IMG/VR virus record: IMGVR_UViG_3300025687_006674
Coordinates: 1 to 60,844 of that record
DNA from: a virus
Lineage: Duplodnaviria > Caudoviricetes
DNA length: 60,844 nt
Reading direction: 5' to 3' (one strand)
Below the pieces are notes generated by a model, which had not been told where the DNA came from, did no database searches, and worked only from the letters and a program-made list of their open reading frames with translations. The position numbers were made by a program, and so were the translations under genes. Positions 39,370 through 49,308 of this stretch are shown here, piece by piece (the first letter of the stretch is position 1; the number at the start of each line of letters is the position of its first letter).

Positions 39370-39582
39370 TTACTTATTTAATTTTGATGAAACCCAAGCT
39401 TTAACAATGTCCCAGTTTCTTGTTGCAAATACACCGAAACAAAATCCAGCCCAAATTTTAAAGTTCATAATCCAAAGTACTAACCCTACAATAAGACCTA
39501 ATACACCTTCAACACCGTTAGCTTTAATCCAATCCTTAACTACATTATAAACTTTTTTAATAAATTCTAATACCTTTTTCAT
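39370..39582 (-). CDS. Small membrane protein (holin-like topology, unproven)
   Basis: Amphipathic N-terminus followed by hydrophobic GVLGLIVGLVLWIM and IWAGFCFGVFA. Confidence 0.55.
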   Translation of the reverse strand: MKKVLEFIKKVYNVVKDWIKANGVEGVLGLIVGLVLWIMNFKIWAGFCFGVFATRNWDIVKAWVSSKLNK

Positions 39583-40316
39583 AATCCTTGATTTAATTGT
39601 GTTAGTTTATAAAGTGACATCAAATCACTTTTAGACTCTGAAATTTTTTCGATTGTTAAATTTATCTTTTCAGTTATTTCAGAATCTGTCGATTCATTTA
39701 AATTAGTTTTAAGTTTATTCAAAACAGACTCTTTCAATTCTTGATGTTTTGTTTTAACCTCTTCTTTTGTTAATGACAAAAGTTCTTTTAATTCTTTTTT
39801 CTCTGACTCACTAATATTTTCAAACTCTTTATTAAAAGAATTTGAAGCTATTTTCAACATAGATGAAAGAGGTATGTTGATGGACTCTTTTACTATTACA
39901 TTTTGTTTTTCAGAAGTAATAAGATTTTTAATATTTCTTTTTGACTCTAAAACATTTTCCAAATTTTTTATAGATTTGTTGTTATAAACAACATTATCAA
40001 TATCGGTATAATCACTATCAATTTCTTCAGATAATACACCATCAATCCATTTAGATAATGACGTTATTTTATCAGTATTTTTTTCTATTAATTTTTGTAA
40101 TTCTTCAATAGATTCATTTACGTAGTCTGAAGCGATTTCTTTGTCTAATCCTTTTTTTGCAGATAAGTCATCATAGATATAGAAAATCTTAGATATTTCT
40201 TTGTTCTCTAAAATATTTTTTTTGAAGTTTTTCATATGATTCTTAAACTCTTTTTTACCGTAGAGTTTAATCATAGAATTTTCAATTTTGGTTTTAATTT
40301 TTCCGAAAGGTTTCAT
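39579..40316 (-). CDS. Hypothetical head-module protein
   Basis: 245 aa helical ORF downstream of portal, TATTTAT upstream. Confidence 0.75.
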   Translation of the reverse strand: MKPFGKIKTKIENSMIKLYGKKEFKNHMKNFKKNILENKEISKIFYIYDDLSAKKGLDKEIASDYVNESIEELQKLIEKNTDKITSLSKWIDGVLSEEIDSDYTDIDNVVYNNKSIKNLENVLESKRNIKNLITSEKQNVIVKESINIPLSSMLKIASNSFNKEFENISESEKKELKELLSLTKEEVKTKHQELKESVLNKLKTNLNESTDSEITEKINLTIEKISESKSDLMSLYKLTQLNQGL

Positions 40317-40339
40317 GATATTTTATTTTATAAATATTA

Positions 40340-42202
40340 CTATTTTAGTAACTCGCCTAATTTATCATCCATTTCACTTAATGACTTTTTACCTTTTGAT
40401 AAATCTATCATATCTAAACCGGTAATCATATCGTCTTCTAAAATTAGATTTAAGTCATTCATATTTCTCGATTCAGGTGCCAATTCAGGTTCAGGTGTTG
40501 CTGCCGCTTCTCCTCCACCAATATCTGGTGTTTCACCCCCCAAGTCACCCCCCAAGTCTCCACCACCTAAGTCTCCACCACCTAAGTCACCGAATCCTGT
40601 GTCAGCTGGTTCTGTTACTTCACCCTCAGGAGTTGCACTACCACCTTCACCAGGTTTGTTACCGTATAACTTATCAATATTAGCGAATATACCTGTCTTA
40701 GTGATAACCTCAGCTGTCTTTTCAAGTTCAGCCGCAACTGCTTTTTCAATTCTTTGTTGTTGAATGTCTAACTTAATTTCTTCATCGGAGAATCCAAGAA
40801 TATGTTTCTTAGCCCAAGATGATGAAACAGGTAAGATACCGTTACCGGGGTCTGTTGTTGCATCACGATAAAGTTGAATCTTAGATTGCCATTGTTCAAC
40901 CTTAAGAAGGTCTGCTTGTGTTGATGGATTAGTAAGTCCTAATGTGAAATTGTTAAGTTCATCCTCAAACCCTAAAAGGTAAAGGTGAATAATAGCAATT
41001 TTATTTAACTCTTGAATCATAGATTTTTGTATTCTATTGATTGTACGAGCAAATCTAATGTCCTGTAAAGACAGGTTCTTACCATCACCAACAACTTCTT
41101 CAAATCCTAAAAAGGCTTTAGGTACACGAAGTGCTGTAAGTAGTTTTTTCTGAATGTACTCAATGTCCGCAATCTCCGCCAAGTTTTGTGCTCCTGGTAA
41201 AGTGTCGATTGGGTTGGGTGCGTTAGGGTCACGAACAGGAATAAAATAGTCTTGGTCGACAGCCATCTGATTATATCTTAAATCGACATTACCATTTGAT
41301 GGGTCAACAATCTGGTCTCTTTTAAACTTGTTGGCAACTCGGTTTACGTATGGTTCGACATCTTTGTCATCCATGTTACCCACAAATATCTTAAACACCC
41401 TTCTTTCAGGTGCTCTTGATGTTCTGTAAATTAACATCGCATCTTCAGCCAATAATAATTGTTTCCAAATCCTTCTCGCTTTTTCTAACATAGAAGTACC
41501 ATAAGGAAGTTTTCGGTCATCACCTAATAATCTAAAGTGGGCGATTTCCCAGGTGTTGAAATTCATATCTTTATCTTTCCATACGAATTTCAAGGCATCG
41601 TTTTCAGTTGTGGTTGTGGTTTTACTGTTAGGTGAGTATTTCATACCTCGTTCCAAACGTTCAATTTGAATATTAGGTAATTGTTGTCCGCCCATAACAC
41701 CCTTTTCAGGGTCAAGTTTTAAGTAGACGAAATTGTCTCCAAACTTACAAGTATTTCTTGTCCACATAGGTAAGTTAGTATTAATATCGAGTCTATTGTT
41801 GAATAGGTCACCAAGTACTGATTTAATACGTTTACTTTCTGAATAAATTTGTAATATATATCCATCTTCATTTGTTGTTGTTGATTCTTCTGCGTAGATA
41901 TCAAGAGCTGCCGATATTTCAGGAGTATATTCCATACTCTCATAGTCATAATAAGAAGCCAACCTTGTTGGTTCATAATATACGGCTTGAGTATATAAAT
42001 TATTTTCTATCTTAGTCCATTGTTGTCCTAAGTATAGAGATTGTTGGGCTTGAAGTTTTTCTTTTTCATACTCTTGTTTGTTAGGTGTTTTAAGAAGTTC
42101 TTTCTTATCAAACCTATACACAGGAGATTGTTGGTCCAATGTTGAATCAGGACCAAATACTTGACCTAACCTCTGCCATATTGTTAAATTGTTATTTGCC
42201 AT
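40340..42202 (-). CDS. Portal protein (T4 gp20-like)
   Basis: PEISAALDIYAEE, PYGTSMLE, EDAMLIYRTSRAPERRVFKI, DYFIP, IDTLPG, ALRVPK, DIRFARTI; Gly-rich tail. Confidence 0.93.
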   Translation of the reverse strand: MANNNLTIWQRLGQVFGPDSTLDQQSPVYRFDKKELLKTPNKQEYEKEKLQAQQSLYLGQQWTKIENNLYTQAVYYEPTRLASYYDYESMEYTPEISAALDIYAEESTTTNEDGYILQIYSESKRIKSVLGDLFNNRLDINTNLPMWTRNTCKFGDNFVYLKLDPEKGVMGGQQLPNIQIERLERGMKYSPNSKTTTTTENDALKFVWKDKDMNFNTWEIAHFRLLGDDRKLPYGTSMLEKARRIWKQLLLAEDAMLIYRTSRAPERRVFKIFVGNMDDKDVEPYVNRVANKFKRDQIVDPSNGNVDLRYNQMAVDQDYFIPVRDPNAPNPIDTLPGAQNLAEIADIEYIQKKLLTALRVPKAFLGFEEVVGDGKNLSLQDIRFARTINRIQKSMIQELNKIAIIHLYLLGFEDELNNFTLGLTNPSTQADLLKVEQWQSKIQLYRDATTDPGNGILPVSSSWAKKHILGFSDEEIKLDIQQQRIEKAVAAELEKTAEVITKTGIFANIDKLYGNKPGEGGSATPEGEVTEPADTGFGDLGGGDLGGGDLGGDLGGETPDIGGGEAAATPEPELAPESRNMNDLNLILEDDMITGLDMIDLSKGKKSLSEMDDKLGELLK

Positions 42203-42251
42203 TCAAATACTTTTTACATAAATAGTATTAAATATTTAATTAAATTAAATA

Positions 42252-44021
42252 TCACTTACCGAATAACCATAAATACTTCTCATAGTCATTTCTATTAATA
42301 CTATTATTCATACCACGATAATTGTTCCCATTTGGCATCACAGGTAATGATGGGTTAAAATCTTGTGATTTATCTTTATAATCATTTGTAGATACCGACC
42401 AACTATCTAACATTGCTTTGGTCTGTTCTGTCACCTTTTCTAATTGACTAAATGAACTCTCACCAACATATATAGCCATAGCCATTGCCATAATAAGGTC
42501 ATCGTGTTGTCCTTTTTGGTGGTCAGGTCTACCATTAACATAAACAAAGGTCCCCAACTCATTAAATAACCTCATAGAACGTACTCTAAAGTCGTGTCTT
42601 AACGCCTCTTCAAAGGATGCGATAATCTGTACACGTTTAGAATTAAAGTTCAAACCAGGTATCTTCTCGTGTATCTTTGGGTTATACTTCCATTTGTCCG
42701 CAGCATTTAAACCATCAACATATAAGTTTTTATACCCCATCTCTTGTAGTTTACGTGATGTGGATACTCCCATACCTCCAGTAATATCAATTACAATAAA
42801 TGCCGAATACATCGTAGCCCACTTAAATGCCACCTCAGCAGCAACATCTGGTGGTATCTTTCCAATGTATTCCAATACCTGTTCTCTTTCATCAAAGTCT
42901 ATAATAATAAATGTAGTGAAGTCTTCACTATCACCACGAGAAACGTCAATACCCATAATATATTTGTGACCCTCTATAGGTTCTTTCCACTGCCATATAG
43001 CACCACCCATAAATTTATTTTCTGGTTCACATATATCATTATTCTTCATACGGTCCATAGTATCCTGAGGTATAACATTATCACCTGAACCCAAGAAGTT
43101 ACACTCCAATTCCTGAGCAATTTTTCGTCTGTCAAATTTTAATTTTTTTGACATCTTTTCAAACCAAGTAGAATATGGTTTGTAACCCTCTTCAAATCTT
43201 TTACTTATTTCGTTAAAGTCCCTTTTCATAGGGTCAATATGTGAATAGTCTAAGATAATTTCATCATCATTATATTCTTCACGATTTAACATATAATGAA
43301 CAATGTCTTTAACATTAATAAGTTTTAAATCATCAGCATAACGAGGGTCACGGTACCAATACATTTCAGTAATTTTGAAATCGTTCATACCCTTCATGGC
43401 TTGATTATAAATTGAATAATAGATTGGGTCGAATCCGTTAGGGGTAGAAATTACAATTACTTTACCACCCGTAGAAAGAGATGCCATACAGGCAGACCAG
43501 AAGTCGTTATCGGCCTCAATAAACGCAGCCTCGTCAAATATTAGAATAGTTGGAGTATAACCACGAAGTGCATCCTTCGATGTTGCCACGGCTTTTACCT
43601 CACACCCATTAGATAATTTAAAATGTCTTTGTGAATTCTTTTCAACTGAAAAATTAATACCAAACCATGAGGGCCATTGGTCAACAAAAGAACGAATCTT
43701 ATTTGCCATTTCTTGAGATGTGTCAAGTTTGTTGGCAATAATAAGAATCTTTTCTGGTTTTGTTTTAGGAGCGGTTACTAATCGTTTTGAAACCCAGGCT
43801 GAGGTAACTGTAGATACACCTGCCTGACGATACTTTAAGGCAATGTTTTCCTCATGTGTATCATAATCATTAATAAGACTAACTTGGTCGGGGAATAGTT
43901 CTAATGGAACGTATTTGGACTGAGTGTTATCGTAGGTCTGTAGATAGGTCTTTAAAGCGTATGGGGTATCTTTTACGCAACGTGCATATTCGAGTATTGC
44001 CTGTTCTCTTGATAAACCCAT
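42252..44021 (-). CDS. Terminase large subunit (T4 gp17-like)
   Basis: LKYRQAGVST, LIFDEAAFI, ISTPNG, QELECNF, MGIDVSRG, HDDLIMA. Confidence 0.93.
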   Translation of the reverse strand: MGLSREQAILEYARCVKDTPYALKTYLQTYDNTQSKYVPLELFPDQVSLINDYDTHEENIALKYRQAGVSTVTSAWVSKRLVTAPKTKPEKILIIANKLDTSQEMANKIRSFVDQWPSWFGINFSVEKNSQRHFKLSNGCEVKAVATSKDALRGYTPTILIFDEAAFIEADNDFWSACMASLSTGGKVIVISTPNGFDPIYYSIYNQAMKGMNDFKITEMYWYRDPRYADDLKLINVKDIVHYMLNREEYNDDEIILDYSHIDPMKRDFNEISKRFEEGYKPYSTWFEKMSKKLKFDRRKIAQELECNFLGSGDNVIPQDTMDRMKNNDICEPENKFMGGAIWQWKEPIEGHKYIMGIDVSRGDSEDFTTFIIIDFDEREQVLEYIGKIPPDVAAEVAFKWATMYSAFIVIDITGGMGVSTSRKLQEMGYKNLYVDGLNAADKWKYNPKIHEKIPGLNFNSKRVQIIASFEEALRHDFRVRSMRLFNELGTFVYVNGRPDHQKGQHDDLIMAMAMAIYVGESSFSQLEKVTEQTKAMLDSWSVSTNDYKDKSQDFNPSLPVMPNGNNYRGMNNSINRNDYEKYLWLFGK

Positions 44022-44040
44022 ATTCTCATCACTTTATTTT

Positions 44041-45318
44041 TTATTCGGCAGGACCAATACCTAAACCATCTAAGAAATCGTCTAAATCAAAACCTTCATC
44101 CTCATCGTCATCTCTAAACTGACCCATTGATTCTTCGTATTCCTCGTCTTTAATTTCTTGTATGATTTCATCAACCATGGCTCTAACCGCCTTTTTACCA
44201 TCTTCACTACCTGAAAGTATTTCTTTAGCTAATTCAAAGAATTGTTCAGTACTTAATGCTGAGAAACGAGAGAATAAATAGTTTTGAATTACTCTCATAT
44301 CATCTTCAAATAACTCATCAGGATATACCTCTAAGAATTTTTCCCAAATAACAGGACCTAATCTTAAATCCCATATTTCGTATGGTAAGGTATCTTGTGA
44401 TGCCATAACCATTTCAGCTTGTTTTGGGTCATCAGGTAATCCGTGAGTTCCCATAATCTCATATACACCTTTTAATAACTCATGTATTAATACAGGGAAG
44501 AACATACCCTTAGCTTTAATTGTCGGTGGGTCTGTACTATCATCAATCTCTTCTGAACCTGCAACACCTTGACCTGAATCGGCCATCATTTGTGCAGCCT
44601 CATCGGGCATAACCCAATAAATTAAATCATTGATTGACATTAACACACCATATAAGTTTAATAATTCAGGATTCAAACGGTTTAATTCTTCTTCAACTAA
44701 ATTAAACATGTAGTGACCTTTTTTAGACGCACCTTGTATAAGTGAATTAATAAATCTTCTTTTGGCTTTCTCCATATCAAACTTATCGAATGCAGCCATG
44801 AAGTTGTCCAAATCTTCTTCAGCCTCATCTTCACTCACTCCAAACATTTGTTCAATATCTTCTGAAGATGGTTCTTCTGATTGTTTTCTCATTTTTGATG
44901 TATCCATTTGTGATGGAGAACCTATTAGTTCAACATCAAATAGGAAACTACCCTCAGGAATAGACATTTCTTTTTTAACTAAATCTACTGCTAAATTTTC
45001 CAAATACTCCTCATTACCATTTTCAATGGACTTTACCTTTTGTACTGCTTGCATCAACATCATTTGAAGTTGCATAAAAGCATTTTGACCTGACACATTT
45101 GTTAAACCAGTATATTGTTTGACTTTATTAACAACATCTTTAAATCTTTTAGATGCAATCAACTCCTCAAATCTATCTTCACCTTCCTGTTCAGGAAATG
45201 CGGGTGAATCAGATAAAGGTGTTTCTCCTTTTTCTATTTTACTCTGTATGTCTGGTGCCATTCTTTCAGGACTGTCACCATAACTAATTGGTGCTTCTTT
45301 AAGATTTTTTTTCATCAC
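44041..45318 (-). CDS. Hypothetical acidic protein
   Basis: 425 aa; KRRFINSLIQG, FPVLIHELLKG, EIWDLRLGP. Confidence 0.75.
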   Translation of the reverse strand: MMKKNLKEAPISYGDSPERMAPDIQSKIEKGETPLSDSPAFPEQEGEDRFEELIASKRFKDVVNKVKQYTGLTNVSGQNAFMQLQMMLMQAVQKVKSIENGNEEYLENLAVDLVKKEMSIPEGSFLFDVELIGSPSQMDTSKMRKQSEEPSSEDIEQMFGVSEDEAEEDLDNFMAAFDKFDMEKAKRRFINSLIQGASKKGHYMFNLVEEELNRLNPELLNLYGVLMSINDLIYWVMPDEAAQMMADSGQGVAGSEEIDDSTDPPTIKAKGMFFPVLIHELLKGVYEIMGTHGLPDDPKQAEMVMASQDTLPYEIWDLRLGPVIWEKFLEVYPDELFEDDMRVIQNYLFSRFSALSTEQFFELAKEILSGSEDGKKAVRAMVDEIIQEIKDEEYEESMGQFRDDDEDEGFDLDDFLDGLGIGPAE

Positions 45319-46144
45319 TAAATGTTATATCTAAATTATCAAACTTTAAAAATGATGGTAATTGCATCGCGAATGTTTCATCATCTTTTTTAGCCTTTGG
45401 TGCTGGTTTGTGTTTTGGTTGGTTCCATCTTTTTTTACCAGGATTTTCTTTAGTACCTGGTTTTACCTTTGGTGGTGCTTCCTTTGTACCCGGACCCTGT
45501 TCTACTAAATTCAATAAATCTTTCTTTGTCATACTTGGTGTAATGTGTTTTTGAACTAACTTAATCAACGACTCTTCAATCATCTTTACATTACGAATAT
45601 AACTTTCTTTTTTTGTTTTTTCAACTTTTTTTGGTAAACCCTTATGTTTAGTACCTGCGAAGTCTTCTAATTCTTTTTCAGTCATACTATCAACCATATC
45701 TAAAACTGCTTTAGAAACTTCACTTTTAGGAGTTTCACCTCTTTTTACCGATAGTGCTAAACCCATAATTTTTTGTTGTTGTTTAGAAACTGATTTTTCT
45801 TCAATTTCACCCTCATCCATACCGTCTTGGTAATTACCCATACCATCATTAGTACTTGGACCTACTTGTTTTGGGTCTTGTGTTTGTTGACCTTTGTAGG
45901 GTTTTAAGGGAGCAACATCATCTTCAGAAACTTCACCTTCTTCGGATACTTGTACATTAGCTCCTGTTTTTGCAATATCAGCAATTTTACTTGGTTCAGT
46001 ATCTTTAGGTACAGTAACAGTACCCTGTTCTTTAATAATTCTTTTATAAAGAATATTAATTTGGCCTTCATTTAAATTACGAAGGGTTTCAAACGCAAAA
46101 CCCTCTTTCATCAATTTTATTACTCTTATATCATTAGTTTTCAT
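45299..46144 (-). CDS. Protein with a DUF3008-like domain
   Basis: KSVSKQQQKIMGLALSVKRGE...SMTEKELEDFAGTKHKGLPKKV. Confidence 0.65.
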   Translation of the reverse strand: MKTNDIRVIKLMKEGFAFETLRNLNEGQINILYKRIIKEQGTVTVPKDTEPSKIADIAKTGANVQVSEEGEVSEDDVAPLKPYKGQQTQDPKQVGPSTNDGMGNYQDGMDEGEIEEKSVSKQQQKIMGLALSVKRGETPKSEVSKAVLDMVDSMTEKELEDFAGTKHKGLPKKVEKTKKESYIRNVKMIEESLIKLVQKHITPSMTKKDLLNLVEQGPGTKEAPPKVKPGTKENPGKKRWNQPKHKPAPKAKKDDETFAMQLPSFLKFDNLDITFSDEKKS

Positions 46145-46542
46145 TCTACTAAACTTTTATCCCATTTGAGAATTATATCTCTTTCATATAATTTATCTGC
46201 AACTGATTTTTCACTTTCCCCGTAATGAAAAACCAAACGGGTATATTTTTTGTCAGTTACGGCTTCGCTGTCAGAATCTTCCCATCCGAGAGCAATAACT
46301 CCTTCAACAGAGTCAAACACTGAAAAGAAATCAGAATTTTGAATTAAGTTTAACTCTATACCTGAGTTTTTCAAAACTCCCACCTTTTCTATAAAATTAA
46401 TATGGGGTGGTGTTGGTCTCCCTGAAGCTGGTTCAACGTCCCAATCATCACCCCATACATCTTCTTGTGTGGAGAAGATAAATTCGTATACGTTATCTCC
46501 CTTGAAATTAGGTCCGAGTTCGTTAACGTAAATTAGTTTCAT
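46141..46542 (-). CDS. Hypothetical protein
   Basis: 133 aa, ATGA-coupled on both sides. Confidence 0.75.
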   Translation of the reverse strand: MKLIYVNELGPNFKGDNVYEFIFSTQEDVWGDDWDVEPASGRPTPPHINFIEKVGVLKNSGIELNLIQNSDFFSVFDSVEGVIALGWEDSDSEAVTDKKYTRLVFHYGESEKSVADKLYERDIILKWDKSLVE

Positions 46543-47939
46543 AGGATTTTACCATTAGAAGAAACTTTAATTGTTTTTCCATCAGCTTCAAAAACCAAAT
46601 TACCTTTGTTTGTTTTTCCGATGAACTTAACAGTGTTGTGTTCTTTAATGATAAAATCTGAAGTTAATTCTTGTTCTACTGATTCTGAAAGATTTTTGAT
46701 TTCTTTTCTTACCAAAGAATTCTTAACTCTTTCAGTGATGTATTTTTTTACATCTCTATCTTTATTGATTTTTTGTTCTTCTTCAGAAACTACAAAGTAT
46801 TTTGATAATACCTTTTCAATTTTTGATTCTGAAAAAATTTCATCCATTGTTTGTTCATATGGTTTCTTTTCTAAACCATCCTCATCAGAATTGTTTGAAT
46901 ACACACCGATAACTTTTGATATCATATCATCAAACTTACTTCTTTCGCTGTGGTCTTCTGTTTCATAACCACCACGTTCGAAGTGACTTTTTTCACCGTT
47001 ACCTAAATCCATGTCGTCATAGAAGTATTCTTTCATTTCACCCATTTCAGGTTCAACGTCTGATTCAATGTCCATATCTAAGTCCATCATTTCGTCATCA
47101 GCTTCTACATCGATGTCCGCTTCGTCATCAACACCATAGTCGATTTCGTCTTCATCTTCTTCAAACTTAGCCATAATATCATCGTAATCTTCTTCAGTAA
47201 GTTTTGATAAATCCAAGGCAGATAAAACTGAATTTAAAACATACTTAATATTTTCTGATGATAATCCTTGTGCAGATTCAAAAGTTCTTAATTTTTGACC
47301 TAACTTTCCTGTTAATTTTTGAATGGTTTTAAATGACAATTCTTCATCGTCACCTTCAGGTGCTTCCATGTCCATATCTAAGTCCATTTCTTCACCACCT
47401 TCAGGAGTTTCCATACCCATATCTAAGTCTAATTCTTCACCACCTTCAGGAGCTGCGTCCATACTCATATCCATACTCATATCTTCACCACCCTCAGGTG
47501 ATGCGTCAGGAGCAGGTGCAGGTACATCCATTTCAACAGAAGCGTCAACTTCAGGTTCTGCTGGTTTTGGTGTTTTCAAAACAAATTTCTTTTGTTCACC
47601 AATAAGGTTAATACCTTCAACATTTTCATGAAGTCTATTTAATTCACCAGCAATCAAATTGATTTTCTTCATTGCTTGTGAATATGAATTATGATACTTT
47701 CTGTTTTTCATTGGGTCAATGTAGTCTAATTCTGACTCATTGATACCACTTTTAACTATGTATCCTGATTTTTCTTTTACGATTCCGTAATAGTTTCCAT
47801 CAGCTAATTGAATAGTGTACTCTGATGAAGATGATTCGTTAAGATTAGAAGATTGACCATATTTGGCTATTTCCATTATACGTCTTAATTTATCTGAACC
47901 TTCTAATTTTTCACTTCCGATAGGTCTTAAATCTGCCAT
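46539..47939 (-). CDS. Hypothetical highly acidic protein (possible prohead core component)
   Basis: 466 aa with PEGGEE/DMDM low-complexity repeats. Confidence 0.75.
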   Translation of the reverse strand: MADLRPIGSEKLEGSDKLRRIMEIAKYGQSSNLNESSSSEYTIQLADGNYYGIVKEKSGYIVKSGINESELDYIDPMKNRKYHNSYSQAMKKINLIAGELNRLHENVEGINLIGEQKKFVLKTPKPAEPEVDASVEMDVPAPAPDASPEGGEDMSMDMSMDAAPEGGEELDLDMGMETPEGGEEMDLDMDMEAPEGDDEELSFKTIQKLTGKLGQKLRTFESAQGLSSENIKYVLNSVLSALDLSKLTEEDYDDIMAKFEEDEDEIDYGVDDEADIDVEADDEMMDLDMDIESDVEPEMGEMKEYFYDDMDLGNGEKSHFERGGYETEDHSERSKFDDMISKVIGVYSNNSDEDGLEKKPYEQTMDEIFSESKIEKVLSKYFVVSEEEQKINKDRDVKKYITERVKNSLVRKEIKNLSESVEQELTSDFIIKEHNTVKFIGKTNKGNLVFEADGKTIKVSSNGKIL

Positions 47940-47961
47940 TTTATTTTTTATTTAATTTTTT

Positions 47962-48135
47962 TTAATTGTTTAAACCGTTAAAACCACCTAACGTAACTGC
48001 ATTACATTGTTGAGCTCCAACATCTTGATTATCTCCGTCCGTAAATATCGGATGTGGAGGTGTTACCGTATCACCACTTGCATTCCATGGTATTTCATAC
48101 GCATAATAATTGTCTGTACATCCAGTGATTGCCAT
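47962..48135 (-). CDS. Small hypothetical protein (57 aa), probably structural
   Basis: Not in the ORF track: MAITGCTDNYYAYEIPWNASGDTVTPPHPIFTDGDNQDVGAQQCNAVTLGGFNGLNN*; TATTTAT at 48151-48157. Confidence 0.7.
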   Translation of the reverse strand: MAITGCTDNYYAYEIPWNASGDTVTPPHPIFTDGDNQDVGAQQCNAVTLGGFNGLNN

Positions 48136-48204
48136 AACTATTTTTTATTAATAAATATACGAATTATTGTGTTTTTCCAAATTTCTTTATATTTAAGATA
48201 TTTC

Positions 48205-48963
48205 TTAAATGATTTCTTCTCCTTCTAAGGATAGGCGTTTATCCATAATCTCATTTTGGAAGTCAAAAAGTTTCTGAATATATCCATTTCTTCTTAAGAA
48301 CTTAAACACTAAATTCTCATATGAATATTCACCATCTTTTTCTAAACCACAACTCCTATATTTCTTAAGTTTGTCTTTTACTTTATCGATTTTAGATATT
48401 GCAATATCTAAGTCTTCATCACCTTCTTCAACATCTTCAATAACCAAATCTATAATATCTTTCCATTGGTCGACTTTTCCTTTTAATTTGTTTTCATCAA
48501 TGGTTACCTCTTCAGGTGATGGTTCTTTAATCCACTCATTATACATAACAGAATAAACACCTGTCGATATATGAGGTTCATTGGTATCTTGAACATATAA
48601 TTCAACATCGTATCCCTTTACGGTAATATCGTGTGTTGAATTAAATAAAGTTTTTTTGATTTTAAATAATTCTTGGACTAATTCTTTTTTTTCACCTGAT
48701 TCGTTAAAATCATACATGATATGTAAATCAACATCAGAAAATTCTGACCAATTATAGTTTGCTAGTGACCCTGTCATTGTCACATCTTGTACGAAAATTT
48801 CCAAACCCAAAAAGTTCACAAACTCAAATGCAATCTCCATCAATCTCATTCTGATGTCTTCTTTCATTTTCGCATCAGATGGATTTTCGGGATTGTCCCA
48901 TATTTTTGGATTGAGTTCGTCTTTAACGTAAAAACTCTTAATTATTTTATCGAAATTTTCCAT
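48205..48963 (-). CDS. Pol-beta-superfamily nucleotidyltransferase
   Basis: TGSLANYNWSEFSDVDLHI (GS...DxD) plus a third acidic residue in VELYVQ. Confidence 0.8.
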   Translation of the reverse strand: MENFDKIIKSFYVKDELNPKIWDNPENPSDAKMKEDIRMRLMEIAFEFVNFLGLEIFVQDVTMTGSLANYNWSEFSDVDLHIMYDFNESGEKKELVQELFKIKKTLFNSTHDITVKGYDVELYVQDTNEPHISTGVYSVMYNEWIKEPSPEEVTIDENKLKGKVDQWKDIIDLVIEDVEEGDEDLDIAISKIDKVKDKLKKYRSCGLEKDGEYSYENLVFKFLRRNGYIQKLFDFQNEIMDKRLSLEGEEII

Positions 48964-48986
48964 TACTATATAAATAGTATAGAATA

Positions 48987-49235
48987 TTACTTTGTTATTT
49001 TTTTAAATTTGTATTTCTTAGATATCTCTTTGTTAAAGAAACTTCCCTGAGATTCTGCCATTCTAAATTTTGTATATGTGGAATGTGGAACTTCTTCATA
49101 AAGATATTCAGCACCGTTTTTAAATGTAACGGTTAATGTTTTTTCACCTGTATCATAAACGGTTTTAGTAAGATTACTAGATTCAATCTCATTGATAATT
49201 TGTTTACCTTCGATTTTTTCACTTTTTACTGCCAT
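48987..49235 (-). CDS. KTSC-domain protein
   Basis: ESSNL...YD...LTVTFKNG..YLYEEVP...AESQGSFFNKEI...Y. Confidence 0.88.
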   Translation of the reverse strand: MAVKSEKIEGKQIINEIESSNLTKTVYDTGEKTLTVTFKNGAEYLYEEVPHSTYTKFRMAESQGSFFNKEISKKYKFKKITK

Positions 49236-49275
49236 AACTGTACTTTTTTATTAAGTATAATAAATGTGTTAAAAT

Positions 49276-49303
49276 AAAAAACCCCTCTTTTTGGGAGGGG
49301 TTT
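49276..49303 (-). terminator. Intrinsic terminator
   Basis: AAAAAACCCCTC-loop-GAGGGGTTT downstream of the UVR gene. Confidence 0.75.
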
Positions 49304-49308
49304 GTTAA

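Noticed and set aside
33790-44021. Introns or inteins in capsid, portal or terminase genes
   Set aside because: Continuous ORFs of normal size with no intein termini or embedded homing nuclease.
36605-47631. Ser-rich plus-strand ORFs (e.g. 36605..37120, 40236..40763, 44762..45067, 46606..46968, 47323..47631)
   Set aside because: Antisense shadows of Glu/Asp-rich minus-strand genes.
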